DNA from: Eledone cirrhosa | Lineage: Eukaryota | Reading direction: 5' to 3' | Length of the DNA stretch: 64,000 nucleotides | Assembly (NCBI GenBank): GCA_964016885.1 | Contig: OZ024740.1 | Location: 191,084,001-191,148,000 of the forward strand | Shown here: in pieces, positions 1 to 13,945 of the stretch | Position numbering within the stretch: position 1 is the stretch's first letter | Layout: each line of letters opens with the position of its first letter | The notes under the pieces: model-generated | Database searches by the model: none | What the model was told of the DNA's origin: nothing | Seen by the model: only the letters and a program-made list of their open reading frames with translations | Made by a program: the position numbers and the translations under genes

Positions 1-1685
1 TGTTACCTGAAGAGTAACCCCAAGGAGAAAGGATATAGGAAACGGCCACTGAGGAGATGAATGCTGACGGGCTAGGACAAGATTTGGTTGATATCCTAAA
101 CTTAGTGGTAGATGAATTGAACAATGATAGTGGGAGACCTATGAACATAAGATTTGTAGACAGGAAAAAGTAAAAAGAAACAACAGCTAAAGTAAACAAT
201 GTCACCACATACCTTGAGGCGAGGAGACTTCACCAGTGCAACAATATCCTCAAAGCAACAGCAAATGCGGTGAGGAAACTACTTGGTATAAAAGCGAGAG
301 GAAACAACAGACAAGAAAGAGCAGAGCCTTGGTGGAAGAAACGACTGAGTGGTCAAATCAGGGAAATGAGAAATGACATTGGAAAGCTTGAGTCCCTACT
401 GAATGGGACACTAAAAAACATAGTCACTAAATATAGACTGGAAATAAGGTACAAAACTAGGAGGAAAAAGCTAAATATTATCATAGAGGAACTGAAGCAA
501 CGCATTGTAGCAAAGAGTGCAAAAGTCAGGCGATACGAGAACAGAGTCAGCCAGTATAGACAGAACCGCATGTTCGACAACAACAAGAAGATGCTGTTTG
601 GACAGCTTGAAGGGAAAGAAAGAGGCAACGACTTGATCCTTGAGTCGGAACAAACTAAAACATTCTGGAGAGGAATATGGGAACAGGATGTTAAACATAA
701 TGACCGGGCAGTGTGGATTGAGACAGTACAGAAGGAGATTAGTGAACAGGCACACCAACAAACTGACTTGAGTATCACAGTTGAAACTCTTAAGTGGCAG
801 GCCAAAAAACTAACCAACTGGAAATCACCAGGCCAAGATGGTGTGCAGGGGTATTGGATTAAAAATATAACATCCCTCCACCAGAAACTGACAACCGTGT
901 TCAATGACTGTTTGATGTCAGGTGTGGTACCAGAGTGGTTGACAAAAGGTACCACAGTTCTGATAATGAAAGACCGAATCAAGGGTAATGATGTTACCAA
1001 CTATAGACCTATCACATGTCTGTCCGTAATGTGTAAACTGTTGACAAGCATTATGTCTGAGGAAATCTACCATCACCTCCACACAAACAACTTGTTCCGG
1101 GTCGAACAGAAAGGATGCCGAAAGAAGTCACGTGGTACAAAGGACCAATTACTTATTGATAACATGGTAATGAGGAATTGCAAGAGGAGACACACAGGTC
1201 TTGCCATGGGATGGTTAGACTACAAAAAGGCATTTGACATGGTGCCTCATTCTTGGATCACCAAAAGCCTGGAGATCTTCAAGGTGGCAGATAACATCAG
1301 ACAGTTGTTGGACAAAAGTATGAAGTCCTGGGAAACAGAGTTAACATCAACTGGAGAATCCTTGGGAAGCGTGAAGATCAAGAGAGCTATCTTCCAGGGA
1401 GATAGTCTGTCCCCTCTGTTGTTTGTCCTTGTCCTGATGCCCCTGACCAGTGTACTGCGAAAAGTGAGAGCAGGATACCGTTTGGGAAAGCGAGGGCTTA
1501 CCATCAATCACCTCCTCTTCATGGACGATCTTAAGCTCTTCGGGAAGAGTGAGAAGGAGTTGGATGTGATTGTTGACACTGTCCGTATTTTCACCAAAGA
1601 TATATGTATGCAATTTGGTATTAGTAAGTGTGGAGTCATTGTGATGAAGAGGGGTAAGTTGAGCAGAAGTAACGGAATCCAGGTA
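1..1685 (+). mobile_element. R4/Dong-like non-LTR retrotransposon, family A, 5' part (RT), 3'-truncated
   Basis: ORF 270-1709 has RT motifs KSPGQDGV, NYRPITCL, QKGCR..RGTKDQLL, DYKKAFDMVPH, IFQGDSLSPLLF, HLLFMDDLKL. Homology breaks at ~1685 into (CCA)n/(TAA)n. Confidence 0.9.
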
Positions 1686-1709
1686 CCACCACCACCAATC
1701 CCAGCATAA
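270..1709 (+). CDS. Reverse transcriptase of R4/Dong-like retrotransposon (truncated)
   Basis: 479-aa ORF with non-LTR RT motifs through FMDD; C-terminal Zn-knuckle and RLE absent. Confidence 0.8.
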   Translation: MRKLLGIKARGNNRQERAEPWWKKRLSGQIREMRNDIGKLESLLNGTLKNIVTKYRLEIRYKTRRKKLNIIIEELKQRIVAKSAKVRRYENRVSQYRQNRMFDNNKKMLFGQLEGKERGNDLILESEQTKTFWRGIWEQDVKHNDRAVWIETVQKEISEQAHQQTDLSITVETLKWQAKKLTNWKSPGQDGVQGYWIKNITSLHQKLTTVFNDCLMSGVVPEWLTKGTTVLIMKDRIKGNDVTNYRPITCLSVMCKLLTSIMSEEIYHHLHTNNLFRVEQKGCRKKSRGTKDQLLIDNMVMRNCKRRHTGLAMGWLDYKKAFDMVPHSWITKSLEIFKVADNIRQLLDKSMKSWETELTSTGESLGSVKIKRAIFQGDSLSPLLFVLVLMPLTSVLRKVRAGYRLGKRGLTINHLLFMDDLKLFGKSEKELDVIVDTVRIFTKDICMQFGISKCGVIVMKRGKLSRSNGIQVPPPPIPA

Positions 1710-2477
1710 TAATAATAATTACTATTATTATTGTCTCAAGTTTTAACAAAATGTTTAATTCCAATATTAAGGAAAAATATGTCAACACATATATTAAACA
1801 TACGCGACAAACGCATAGATACACAGATCAAACAAAACTAGTCTATTCGACAACACTCAGTAACGACAATGCCATCACTATAGTCACCGCCGCCACCAAT
1901 CCATCCATCATTGCCACCACTATCCCATCACCGCCGCCACCACTCCTTCATTGCTACCACCACTATTCCCCCATTACCTTCTGTTAACTTAAGAAAGGGG
2001 AAGGTGGCTGTATCACTAGACAAGGGAGAGGCTAGCAAAATATATAAATATATTGACTTAGTGACACGGCCACCGGCCAAACGTCAACGAATATGCCACT
2101 GCTAGCTCCCCCCTTCCCCACCAACAACAGAAAAAGCCCCAGCACCACCACCGACATAGCCAACAACAATAACAGGCAACTTCAACAAAAAGTATATTAT
2201 AGTATTAATAATTTCATTCTTAAGCCACGCAATGCTCACATTAAGGAACCACTCATGATAATAACAACTTAAAAACAACGAAAAAGAAAACCTCGTGACC
2301 AAGAAATAGCGGGATGGCGGCCGGCGGGGAATAGCCGTGTCTATAGGGGAGGACGAACCGTCTAGTCTTGGTTGACACTCGTCCTAGAAGTGGTAACACG
2401 AAATGATTACCCCTTGGCAGATAAGGATAAAACGCGACAAAATAAAGTAAATGTCTAATGATAAAATCTCATACCGG

Positions 2478-2560
2478 ATCGGCCGTCACCCGGGTCAAAA
2501 AGGGCCGCGTCCCTCAGAGAGTAACCAAACTGGTGTCGAAAAATCAGCTAATGGTTCAAA
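2478..2560 (+). ncRNA. Candidate (decayed) HDV-like ribozyme near 5' end of R4/Dong element B
   Basis: gggccg pairs with tggttc (P2-like); ctggt/atcag hairpin (P4-like) followed by CUAA (J4/2-like); tccctca resembles L3. P1 is imperfect. HDV-like ribozymes are known at 5' ends of R2/R4/RTE elements. Confidence 0.35.
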
Positions 2561-5500
2561 CCTTCCCATCACTTCGGAGCTGGAGACCTCCCATAACCGG
2601 AATACTCCTACTGTTGGCCCTCCATGCTCACCACCAAGAAATCCAAAGAAAAAGAGAGAAAAATGGCCAAGGGAAGATAATAAAGAAGTCCTTGAGGCTT
2701 TCTACACTGCCATGTACTACCTATCAAATACATCGAATACTGAACAGACATATATTAACTGGAAAAAAAACATCCCGAAAACAGAGGCTATATTGACAGT
2801 AACAATCTAGCCAATATACGAAGAATTATTGTAAAAAAACGTCACTAACTGATATATAAATTAATCAGATCAAGCTATTAGCACAAAGTCAGCGAAGGGA
2901 AAATGAAACATGTGTCAGTGAATACGAGGTAAATTGTAACACTTCGAATCCCAGGGTTGAGGCGGAATCACTGGCAACAGAATACATTAAAGAAAGGATC
3001 TACAAAGTGGAGGGAGTGCATGCGCAAGATGAAACTCCAAATGAAAACAATGAGATCGTAAATGATAAAGAAATGAATGAGAATGAACTCGCCAACTTGA
3101 AGGATGAAATTATGATCGAATGGATGAAAATGAAAGAATCTGACATGGGGGAACGAGACACCCTCCCTAAGGTCCAGAACTCCAAACAGAACCAAAAGAT
3201 AATACACAAGATTAAACATAATTCTCAAAAATGTTATCATCACAAACAAACTAAACATTACTGATTTAAATCATCTCTATTATGCAGCGGCTAAAGTCAC
3301 CACTCACTTATGTGGAGTGAAGATGAAAAAACAAAGGAATTCTCACAAGAAATCTACTTGGCAAGAGAACATCAATCGCCAAATAAACCTTCTCCGATCT
3401 GACATAGAAATTTTAACAAACTATAAAGTAGGTGAACATGTTAAACAAACTAAACTTAGAAAATTGAAAAGAAAGTACAGTATAAAATCAACAAGTGACA
3501 TAGACATGCTGATAGAAATAATCAAGCAAAAAGTGTCGGCCAAAGCTGCTCGTATAAGGCGCTTTGAAAAACGATCTATATTCTATAAGGACAATAATAT
3601 GTTCAAAAACAACCAAAGAAACTTCTACAGAAAAATTGGTAAGTCAACAATAACTGCTAAATCAATACCACCCAAGGAGGAAGTGCAAGAATTCTGGGAA
3701 AAGATCTGGGCCGTAGAAAAAGTTCATAATGTACATGCCCCATGGATAGACAGACAAATGAAAGATACAGCTCACCTTGAGGAACAAATATGTGAAAATA
3801 TAACAGTTGAACAGTTGCGTTTGGCTCTAAGAAAAACCAACAAATGGAAATCCCAGGAAAAGACAAAATACACATTTTTTTGATAAATGCCTTCACAGAG
3901 TCTCATGAACTGTTAGCCCAAATTTACAATGAAATAGTTAAGGAGCCAGTAAAGATATCATCATGGCTAGTTGACGGCAGTACATTCCTGCTTCCGAAGA
4001 ATGATGAGGCAAACAATCCCCAAAATTACAGACCGATAACGTGCTTGACCACAATGTATAAAATGTGAACATCAGTCCTAACTGAATATACATATGACCA
4101 CCTGATAACAAATGACCTATTTCTCATTGAGCAGAAAGGGTGTAAACGAGGCTCATATGGCTGTAAGGATCAGATTTTGGTTAACAAAATGATACTGGAA
4201 GATTGTCATAATAGACACAACAATATATCGATTGCTTGGATAGATTATAAAAAAGCATTCGATAGTTTGCCACACAGTTGGATTGAAAAATGTTTAGAGA
4301 TTTTCAAAATATGCCCCGTTGTCAGGAGGTTTTTGTCATTCAGTATGAAGACATGGAAAACGACACTCCTTTTGAATAGTGAAACAAAATCACTGGAAGC
4401 TTGAGAAGTTAATATTAATTGTGGAATTTTTCAGGGTGACTCTTTATCACCGCTTTTATTCTGCATCGCACTTATACCATTAAGTAAAATGCTCAATGAA
4501 ACAAAACATGGATATAAAGTCTATGACAAAACCATTAATCACTTGTTCTACATGGATGACCTGAAATTATTTGCAAAACATGATGAACAATTGCAAGGGC
4601 TTTTATCCACTGTGGAGCAGTTCAGTGATGAAATGAAAATGGAGTTTAGACTAGATAAATGCGCCAAACAACGTTCACCAGAGGAAAGCTGCTGAAAAGT
4701 TCAGACATTAATCTTGATCGGGGGAATGTGATAAGAGAACTTGATCAAGAGGAAACTTACAAATATCTAGGTGTTTGTGAAGGAGACGGAATCAAACACT
4801 CGACAATGAGGGAAAGGTTAAGGAAGGAATGTTACCGCAGAGTAAGAGCAATCTTAAGAACGGAATTGAATGCAAGGAATAGGATCGATGCCATGAACTA
4901 GCTTGCCATACCTGTAGTAACCTACAGTTACAATGTCATCAACTGGTCAAGCACAGAGATCCGTAAGCTCGATACAAAAATTCGAAATTTCTTACCCACG
5001 CACAGAATGCATCACCCTAAGGCAGATACAGATAGAATATATCTCCCTAGGAAAGAAGGAGGACGTGGGTTATTCCAGTTAGACATTGCGTTGAAAACTG
5101 CAACAATTGGATTATGTACATATCTAAGGGAATCACATGATTGGATGATCAAACTCGTTTTGAAACACGAAAGAATCAAAAGATCATACTCCATTACAAA
5201 AGATGCACAAAGATACAGTAATGGACTACACATTTCAGAAGTCCCATTTACTGCTGAAATGGAAAACACAGAAAAAGCAAAGCGGGTAAAAGTAACTGCA
5301 AAGAAAGAACTGCTACAGAAACTGGCTAAGAAATGGCAAGAAAGGCTTCTGTATGGAAAATACCCAGAACAAGCTAACAAACCTGATGTTGACAAAACGT
5401 TAACCCATCAGTGGTTGGCATTCTCTGGACTCAAATCGGAGACTGAAGGACTGATTATATCAGCACAAGATCAGTGTCTGCCAACAAAAAAATTACCAAG

Positions 5501-6240
5501 CCAACATAATAAAAAATGGAAGCAGCCCGTTATGCCGTGTATGTAGAAAACAACCAGAAACCATTGACCATATAATTTCAATGTGCAGTCCTATAGCTCC
5601 AACCGAATACCTAAACAAGCATGACAGAGCTGCACAATACATACATTGGATAATGTGTAATCATTTTGACCCGCCCCATCAAAAGAATTGGTGGGAGCAT
5701 CAACCACCTCCCATACTTGAAAAGGATCACATCTCAATCTTGTGGAATTTAGCATCGAAACAGACCGAAACATAGATGCAAATAGACCTGATATAATATT
5801 GAAGGACTTTAAAAAGAGTGTCGCCTGCTAATTGATATGTCCGTTCCAATAGACAAGAATGTATCTATAAAAACATTTGAAAAATTGAGTAAATATAAAG
5901 ACCTGGAGATAGAAATTGGAGAAATGGGGAAATTGAGAACTAAAACAATACCAGTAGTTGTAGGCGCTCTGGGAATGATACCTAAGGGGTCTAATGATTA
6001 CTTATCGCAAATCCCAGGAAACCCGCGTATAGGTGAAATACAAAAGATAGTACTAATGGGAACTGCCCATATACTAAGGAAGATTCTGTCAATATAAGTA
6101 CATCATCAGTCTAAACACCTAAAGATGCATGTATGAGTATGTATGTTCTTTCTTGAACATGGCAGACCTTGTTGTCTCTTGAGGTCACTGGTTGGGACTT
6201 GGTGATAACTCGTATGAACATAAAGAAAGATAAATGCAAC

Positions 6241-6241
<1 letters not shown>

Positions 6242-6310
<69 letters not shown>
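6242..6310 (+). repeat. (TAA)n tail / target of R4-Dong element
   Basis: Perfect TAA run directly after the element B 3'UTR. Confidence 0.95.
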
Positions 6311-6311
<1 letters not shown>

Positions 6312-7866
6312 GGGCTTACCATCATTGGCCTCCTCTTAAGCTCTTCGGGAAGAGTGAGAAGGAGTTGGATGTGTTTGTTGACACTCTCCGTATTTTCAGC
6401 AATGATATATGTATGTAATTTGGTATTAGTAAGTGTGGAGTCATTGTGATGATGAGGGGTAAGTTGAGCAGAAGTAACGGAATCCAGATACCAACAGGTG
6501 AGATGATAAAATAAATTGACTCTGAAGAAGAATACAAGTATTTGGGCGTTCTGGAGGCTGATGACATCAAGAACAAAAAAATGAGGGAATTGATAAGAAC
6601 TGAATACCTTCGGAGAGTAAGGAGCGTATTATAGACACATCTGAACAGTAGGAATGCCATAAGTGCAGTAAATTCCCGAGCTGTGTCTATTATTAGGTAC
6701 ATTGCGGGAATTCTGAGATGGAATGTTGCTGAACAAAAAGAAATGGATAAGAAGACTAGGAAACTATTGACTATCTACAATATGTTCCACAAGAGTGATG
6801 TCGATAGACTCTACTTGAGGTGATCTGAGGGTGGAAGAGGTCTTATCAGCATAGAGGACTGTGTTAAGATAGAGAAAAACAACCTACACAAATACGTGAC
6901 TGATAGTAAGGAGCCAATGCTCAGAGCTGTACTGAAGGAGGTGACAATAGGCCATGGGATGTCCAAGGGGGAAATAACATCAAGGAGAAAGAGCAGGCTT
7001 CAGGAAAAATCCCTTCATAGTACCTTCTTTGAGAAAACTGAATTTAGAGATCCACAGACACGGAACTCGTTGAAAAGAGGAGACCTTAAAAAGGATACAG
7101 AAGGAATGTTAATGGCTGCGCAGGAGCAGGGCCTCAAAGTGAAGTGGTTCAAACACCACATTTACAAGGAGGAGGCTAGCCCACTGTGCAGGATCTGTGG
7201 AGAGAGAGAGGAGACTGTGGCTTACATTGTATCCGAGTGTAAACACCTAGCCCAGACTCACTATAAGGGCTGGAGACATGATGTGATGGGCAGGGTGATC
7301 CACTGGCACCTATGCAAAGTAAACAATTTACCACATTCTGAGAAGTGGTATGAGCATAAGCCAGAGGCGGTGATAGAAAACGATCAGGTGAAGGTGCTGT
7401 GGGATTTTAGGATACAGACGGACAAGAAACTGGAACACAATAGACCTGACCTGGTGGTTGTGGACAAAGAAAAAAGATCGTGCCTGGTTGTGGATATGGC
7501 CTGCCCATTCGACACGAGAGTGCAACAGAAGGAGAGGGAGAAAATTAACCGATACCAGGACTTAAAGTGGGAGGTATAAAGGATTTGGAACTGCCATGAA
7601 TTGAAAGTGATCCCGATTGTCATAGGCGCACTAGGGACTATCTCAAAAAGTTTCCAAGGATGGTTAAAGAAAATTGGCCCCTTCACGCTTTTTGGAACGC
7701 TTCAAAAGGCATGCTTGCTGGGAACAGCAAGAACCCTCCGATACGTCCTGAATATCTGAGGCTGCAGGTAGTGGCTTGATATTCATCCCAACAAACTTTC
7801 CAGTTAACTAACATCAATGGCTGAGACTCAAAGAGTAATAGCAATAATAATAAACATAATAATAAT
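6311..7866 (+). mobile_element. R4/Dong-like family A, 3' part (RT end, CCHC, RLE, 3'UTR, degenerate TAA tail)
   Basis: Starts with a near-copy of 1493-1685. Then YKYLG, GGRGL, CRICGEREETVAYIVSEC, NRPDLVV, KINRYQDL, GTARTLRYVLNI*, and a TAA-rich tail at 7837-7866. Confidence 0.9.
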
Positions 7867-8599
7867 GACCACTTCATCTATGTTTAGTGACCTGAGGTCG
7901 CTGAGCAGGTGGCTCTGCTTCCATGACGACCTCAAGCCAAGCGCCTTTATGCTGCCTATTCTGAGTGAGATCATGTTGAAATGGAGTGGAAAAGATGGGA
8001 AAGAACACTTACCTTACATCTCGTAGAGGAAGGACGGTTTCTCCATACTTTTCACTGGTTCTGGCCTCCTCCGGAAGGATGTCCTTATAAATCCTCCTGG
8101 AGCGTGCTTGTCGGAAGTCTCCGATGTCTTTGGGGAATGTTTGTTTTAGTGTCGTGTACGTTTTCTGTCTGATGCGAGTGATTTGCATGTGTGGAGATGG
8201 TGTGAACTTTTGGTGTGTCGTGTATTCTTTTTTCTGTGATGCTGGTGTTGTGTAATAATGGTTGTTGTTCACATTTAATGCTGTGTAGTGTGTGTCGTTT
8301 TGGTTGTTTTGTTTTGTTTGCGTTTGTTGTGGGTTTGTTTCTGTTTCACTTCTTCGTGACTTTTGGTTTCTCACTGTTGTTGTTGCTGTTGTTGTTGCAC
8401 ATGGGTCTGCTGAGTGCTTGTATTGCCATCTTCTGGTTGTGTGTGGTTTTTAAGCCTACTCCTGTTGATGGCAATACAAGCACTCAGCAGAAACCTGTGA
8501 AAAGAGGGAAGGGGGACCCAAACAGACCCGGGGATCCCCCACCGTGCCTGGGGGAAGACCACCATGTAACACCTAAAGGGAACCCCAAGCTAGGCACGC

Positions 8600-9042
8600 A
8601 GAGGTCGACCACCCTCTGCAACTGCAGAAACCCCGAATCATGCCCCCTTGGCAATGAATGCCTTAAGAAGAACCTAGTATACCGTTGTATGTTTAAAACC
8701 CCCCACTCCGAACACATCTACATAGGAGCCACATCAACGAGCTTTAAAGAGCGCTGGTACAACCATCGCCATTCATTCCATAAGGAAGCCAAAAGGAAAA
8801 GTACGGCCCTCTCCGACCTGATCTGGAAGCTTAAGCTAGACAGGACTCCGTACTCTCTGGCCTGGTACATAATCAGGAAAGTACCACCTGATAAAGGTAG
8901 ATCTTGCTTATGCAAACTATGCCTGAACGAGACCATCGAGATACTAAGAGTTGGCAGTGGTCTGATAAACCTCAGAACCGACTTCTTCGGGACATGCAGA
9001 TACTTCAGGGCCGGGTCCTTCCTCAAGATATATGGACAGTAG
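8600..9042 (+). CDS. PLE-type GIY-YIG endonuclease domain
   Basis: CxC-x5-CPL-x3-CL linker, LVY...YIG motif, conserved R/H and CxxC..E. Confidence 0.8.
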
Positions 9043-10305
9043 CAACACAAGAAGATGTGAACTCCCCTCAAGCTATAGGGACTTCTCCAGAACATGTAGA
9101 CACCTCTCGGCCAGACCTCCCTCAAGCTATATGGGCAATAACAACACTCTAGGTTGAGAACTCCCCTCAAGCCATAGGGACCAACCCAGGCTGAGCAGAC
9201 ACCATGATATCCTAGAGATTGATTCTGACACAGCCATTATAATTTGGCCAACATCTTTATAACACACACACATTTTAATTTACTTGATATTTTATTTTTT
9301 AATTTTTCAATTTTGATTTCTCATTATAAATTTGTTATTTGTTTTCTGTTCTCTTCACTTTATCACCTTATATTTATTTTTAAGTTGAGATTGGTTATAA
9401 CACAAACACATTTTATTTGATTATCTTATTATTTTACCATCTTGTTCCTCATACCAATCTATCCAACATATTTCTGACCTTGATATTGATTATAGCACAC
9501 ACACACTTTATCTTACTTTATTTGAATCTTCATTTTATTTTTCACTTCTCCATATTCATTTTCATTACTTTTTCATTACTTTTTCATTAATTTTTCATTT
9601 ATTCTTTATTCTCTATGTATTATTTATTTTCTGTTTTCTTCACTTTATTGCTACATATTACTTCATATACATTGAAGAATCCCCCCCCCCCCAACCACCA
9701 CGGGAGATGATGGCAGGAGGAATGAAGAAACACACACACAGATCCTTCTAAATTGTCAGCAGCAGCAAGACATAAGCTGACCGCAACAACAACAACGCTA
9801 CCAAAATAAGTGCAGAGGTCAGATGTACTTAACAATAGCAAACGCACACACTACAGGGAGCCTCACCCCAGAAAGAATTTCTATAGTCTTTGGACTGAGG
9901 AATGCTCTCAAAACTGACCAATGGGAATTTGACATGTTTTTTATTTTGTTCCTTTACCATATTATTCCTTCTACCACTTTATCAATTTTTTTTTAGCTAA
10001 CTCCAACAATAACAACACTACCAACACAATAATAGAGGTCAGATGTACCTAACAATAACAAGAACAACAACTACAGATTGGCTTGCCTCAGAACGAATTT
10101 CTGTAGACTTTTGAATGAGGAATGTTCTAACAGCTGACCAATGGGAGGAGAAGAGGCCCTTTGACACTGAAATTCGTTTGTTTGAATTCATATGATTCCA
10201 GTTCCTCGTGAAATAACATCCCAACCAGGAACTGGGCATATAAGAGTATTGACAAAGTTATACACCTCAACAAAATATGTACATGTCTAGACCACACTAA
10301 TTCGG

Positions 10306-10360
10306 ACTGCCTGAAGAGGTCACGGCCGAAGATGGCTGTCACCGAAATATATATATCAGT
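10306..10360 (+). ncRNA. Type I hammerhead ribozyme (PLE-type)
   Basis: actgc-CUGAAGA-ggtcacggcc gaagat ggctgtcacc-GAAA-tatatata(t)cagt, then AATAAA. Confidence 0.75.
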
Positions 10361-10410
10361 AATAAACGAAACTAAATTTTAAACATTTGACTTATTTATT
10401 TTATTTCATT

Positions 10411-10590
<180 letters not shown>

Positions 10591-10638
10591 AATTAAATTC
10601 AAATATTAATAAAATAGATGTTCTTGTGATCAATAAAA

Positions 10639-10702
10639 TGTTATTATACATATTTCAGAGGTACTTGGATCAGGTTCAACTGTATGTGATCATCAGATAA
10701 AA
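10639..10702 (-). ncRNA. Hammerhead ribozyme (inverted arm copy)
   Basis: Reverse complement: ttttat-CUGAUGA-...-GAAA-tatgta-UA-ataac. Confidence 0.65.
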
Positions 10703-10956
10703 TAAGATGATACATGACATACCCTAAGATGTTAGATGGTTAAGATTTAATCAAGGTAGTGATTAACGTAAGAGAAAACTCAACATTTATACCTTAATAA
10801 TGAGAACATACGAACACGTAATAGAATCAATAGAGAAGGTGTGAGTAAGAAAAACATTGCTTAAATGTAACATTTCATGACAGCTCTTTCCCTAGTCAAC
10901 ATAAATTCCATTTCATTTTTAATAGACACACTATTAAACCATCTTATTCTACAACT

Positions 10957-11400
10957 ATGAATATGTACCAAAACATTGCTAAAATAAACAGTAACATTCT
11001 AAAGCAGAATCAGCATAATGATTTTAATAATAGTGTTAACATAAATAATAATAAATCTAAATGTAATTGTAGAAATCAACCTGATTGCCCTCTGCAAAAT
11101 AATTGTTTGGATAGTAATTTGGTGTATAAATGCACCGTAAAAACCTATTACAACACATACAACTACATAGGATCGACTTCTTCTACATTTAAGGCTAAAT
11201 TTGCGAATCATAAATGCTCATTTTCGAATTCTAATAGGAAATCATCGACTTCTTTATTACAGCTTATATGGTCAAAAAATACAAACGTTTATAATACTCC
11301 ATCCTTTGGACGAAACTTTGTAATAGGGGAGTTTTCCGCAACTCAAGTATATCAAGTAACTGCGCGCTTTGTACAATGGAGACACTTTTGATTAGTAATA
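10957..11400 (+). pseudogene. PLE GIY-YIG endonuclease fragment (frameshifted)
   Basis: CNCR..CPL..CL..LVYKC..YIGSTSSTFKAKFANHKCSF. Confidence 0.8.
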
Positions 11401-12009
11401 ATTATGAGAATTTAATTAACATAAAAGTGAATTATTCTCAAACTGCCTTCATAAAGCCTTGTCTAGATTACAAGCCTCGCATAAGATCAGGAAAAAACAG
11501 TAAGCAACCAAGCCTGCTTTTTTTACGTACATCATCAACTGTTGACAATATAAATCTTAATGGCTTATAAAACTTCAAAATAACGTTTGAATGAATGACA
11601 TTTGTTTAATAACATGCTGGCACGTTGATATACATAACATATTGCTTTTTGGATATTATTAACTTTGATCCAGACCTTTATTTCTCTATCTTTATTTTTC
11701 TATCTCTGTTTTAAATATAGTTTAAATATCTAACCTGTACATTTTTACGGACCTTATGTTGAACTGTTGATCATTCACGCGTTTACATTCTTTTGTATAT
11801 ATGTATGTATTTTACAGTTATGAATCTATTATCTGAGATTATAATCGTTTTCCTTTACCATAAGTATACTGTCTCAATAATAATTAGTATATCTCTCTAT
11901 ATGTAGTTTTTGCAAATATGTTTATATTGTATAATAACATAATCATAATTATAGTTAGGTATATCTCTGTTTATAGTTTTGTGCATTTATGTTTATAATG
12001 TATAATAAC

Positions 12010-12655
<646 letters not shown>

Positions 12656-13377
12656 GTTATTATTATTATATATATATATAATTATATATATATATATATA
12701 GCTGAAAACTCTGCGTCAATTATTATACATTAGACAATGTATCTATTTAACAATAAATTCCTTGATATTTATAACAGCGAGTACTTCATACCGAAAATGT
12801 TGACACTGTTACAAGTAATTTTGTTAAATATTACATTATGTGAATATTGAACAGTATATAGTTTTATTTTTATGTTCGGGTAAATCCTTTAAATTTGTTT
12901 TCATAAAGCTTAGAATTTAGAAATGTAACACATTTATAAAATTTATAAAATTTATAAAATTAGTAAAAATAACCATCAACTTTTAAAACCTAATATTTTG
13001 ATTCTTCACCCTAAAACACATAAATTAAATAATTTGAAATTTAACAGCTAAGTCTATATGTGTCCGATAAAAATGTTTTCATAAATTACTCCCCTTTATA
13101 TCTCCCTCTCTTTAAATATACATCAGTTGCTTTCTCAAGCTAAAAACTTAAAAAATTATAACTCCATAGACGTATTCCTCTATAATCCTTATTGTAGTAT
13201 CGCAGATTTTAAAAACTCTATAACTGTAACATTAAAGCAGTGTTTTCTATTGATTCTATTACGTATTCGCATGTTCTCATTATTAGGGTATATATGTTGA
13301 GTTTACTCATCAGTTAATCACTATCTTGATTATATTTTAACCCTCTAACATCTCAGGGTATGTCATGTATCAATTTA

Positions 13378-13441
13378 TTTTATCTGATGAGGATGTACTG
13401 TTGAACCTGATTCAAGTATCTCTGAAATATGTATAATAAAA
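13378..13441 (+). ncRNA. Type I hammerhead ribozyme
   Basis: ttttat-CUGAUGA-ggatgtac...gtatctct-GAAA-tatgta-UA-ataaaa; helix I ttttat/ataaaa. Confidence 0.75.
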
Positions 13442-13589
13442 CTTAATTGATCACAATAACATCAATTTTATAAATATTTGAATTTAATATTAATAACTCT
13501 GGAAAATATGTTATTGTAGAGTGCTTCCAATCTAATGTAAAACTCATTCTTTGATGTACTCATTGAATCTTGTTTAACTCTTTAATAAA

Positions 13590-13892
13590 TGTATATATAT
13601 ATATATTGGAAAAATGAAACTACATTTCATTTCTCACTCTTAGTACGGCTGTTACTTAAATATAAGTATGTACACGTACATACATATATGTATACAGACG
13701 TACAGTAGTATGTATATATATATACATACATGTACACATATCTATATGTACGCATGGATTTACCGAACATTTATTATAATGCTCGGTTTGTTTGTAAATA
13801 AACATCCCGAATTAAGCCGTACAGTGTTTAGCCACCATCGTTGCATACTTATAATAAATGTTCAGTAAATCCATACGTCCATATATTATATG

Positions 13893-13945
<53 letters not shown>

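Larger units (their letters stand above)
2300..6310 (+). mobile_element. Near full-length, frameshifted R4/Dong-like retrotransposon, family B (RT + CCHC + restriction-like endonuclease)
   Basis: Collinear ORF fragments 2451-6097: NYRPITCL, DYKKAFDSLPH, GIFQGDSLSP, FYMDDLK, YKYLG, LYLP-like IYLPRKEGGRGL, CRVC..ETIDHI..C, NRPDII, KYKDL, C-terminus GTAHILRKILSI*. Followed by a short 3'UTR and a (TAA)n tail. Confidence 0.92.
8460..10410 (+). mobile_element. 5'-truncated Penelope-like element: GIY-YIG endonuclease, long 3'UTR, terminal hammerhead
   Basis: ORF 8215-9042 C-terminal half: CNCRNPESCPLGNECLKKNLVYRC...YIGAT..FKERWYNH..SF...STALS...CKLCLNE. HHR at 10306-10360, AATAAA at 10361, (TA)n from ~10411. 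Confidence 0.85.

Noticed and set aside
353-1613. Antisense ORFs over RT genes (also 5012-5395, 7384-7686, 39536-41323)
   Set aside because: Shadow frames of retrotransposon coding sequence with no independent motifs.
9010-9185. Short spaced repeats (cccctcaagctataggg) superficially CRISPR-like
   Set aside because: Eukaryotic TE 3'UTR, degenerate units, irregular spacing and no cas genes.
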